A DNA stretch of 33,016 nt from Planctomycetota bacterium (lineage in GTDB: Bacteria > Planctomycetota > MHYJ01 > WSZJ01): NCBI GenBank assembly GCA_038060895.1, contig JBBTCT010000030.1, forward strand, positions 1 through 33,016, given 5' to 3'. The stretch's first letter is position 1. Every line of letters begins with the position of its first letter. Made by a program: the position numbers and the translations under genes. Under the pieces are notes generated by a model that searched no databases, was not told where the DNA came from, and worked only from the letters and a program-made list of their open reading frames with translations. Of this stretch, positions 32,503-33,016 are shown piece by piece.

Positions 32503-32975
32503 GGCAACTTCAAAACCGCGAACTCACAAGCAAACAGCTAACTTCAAAAGGCAATTGACCGAGATCAGGCGGCGTCTAGCTTTCGGATCATGGCGCTCAG
32601 GATGTTGCGAATCTCGGTGGCCTCAGTAATGTCGGCTTCGACGGGACACCAGCGGTGGTTGATGATCCTCAGCCAGTACCTCGACTCCCGGGATTCGCGG
32701 CGTGCGATTCCCAGGTACTTGCGCTTTTCGATCTTGCTGATGGCCCCCATCGCTTCCTCCGTATTGGACCCTACTGAACTCCCCGCCCGCGCCAATTGAT
32801 CGCGCGCGACGCCAGGTTCCTTCCCTGGAGCAAGAGCGGACGTGATGTCCAGGACGCGATTCGCGAACTGAAAGGTCCGCTCGCAGATATCAAACGGCTT
32901 GTTCTCGGCCATGTTGTCGTTCTCCTTTTGAAGTTGCTGGTTGCTTGAGAGTTGAAGTTGAAAGTTGAAGTTGCC
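32503..32975. repeat. Inverted repeats (AACTTC/AACTC units) flanking the four-helix-bundle gene
   Basis: 32503-32551 ggcaacttcaa..aactcacaagcaaacagctaacttcaaaagg matches the reverse complement of 32924-32975, ggcaacttcaa..aactctcaagcaaccagcaacttcaaaagg. Confidence 0.85.
32565..32912 (-). CDS. Four helix bundle protein (23S rRNA intervening-sequence protein family)
   Basis: DICERTFQFA..DQLARAGSSVGSNTEEA..S..E..KYLGIARRESRESRYWLRI..EATEIRNILSAM. AAGGAG RBS before ATG 32912. Confidence 0.92.
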   Translation of the reverse strand: MAENKPFDICERTFQFANRVLDITSALAPGKEPGVARDQLARAGSSVGSNTEEAMGAISKIEKRKYLGIARRESRESRYWLRIINHRWCPVEADITEATEIRNILSAMIRKLDAA

Positions 32976-33016
32976 GTTTCCAGCAACTAACAAAAGGCGA
33001 ACTTAGTACTTCGCCC

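Overview
High-GC bacterial chromosomal window. The rpsB sequence, the short EF-Ts and the many secreted TPR/FG-GAP proteins suggest Planctomycetota (inference). From left to right it holds: an oxidoreductase and HAD pair coupled to three tandem cyclase-like/STAND ATPase/TPR paralogues whose cyclase metal sites are degenerate; a lone XdhC-family gene; a Zn-ribbon/MshEN-like protein; and a secreted protein. Next comes an FG-GAP/ASPIC-UnbV/thioredoxin lipoprotein interrupted by one in-frame TGA with a SECIS-like hairpin right after it. This candidate selenoprotein is the top finding. Then come TPR lipoproteins, a DHH phosphoesterase, a cation:H+ antiporter, YceI, and a small toxin-antitoxin/transposase cluster next to tRNA-Glu. 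The window ends with tRNA-Lys, frr-pyrH-tsf-rpsB and a four-helix-bundle gene enclosed by inverted repeats. Several intergenic regions carry periodic palindromes that look like empty versions of that last cassette, and at least four genes look leaderless. All calls come from reading motifs by eye; no searches were run.
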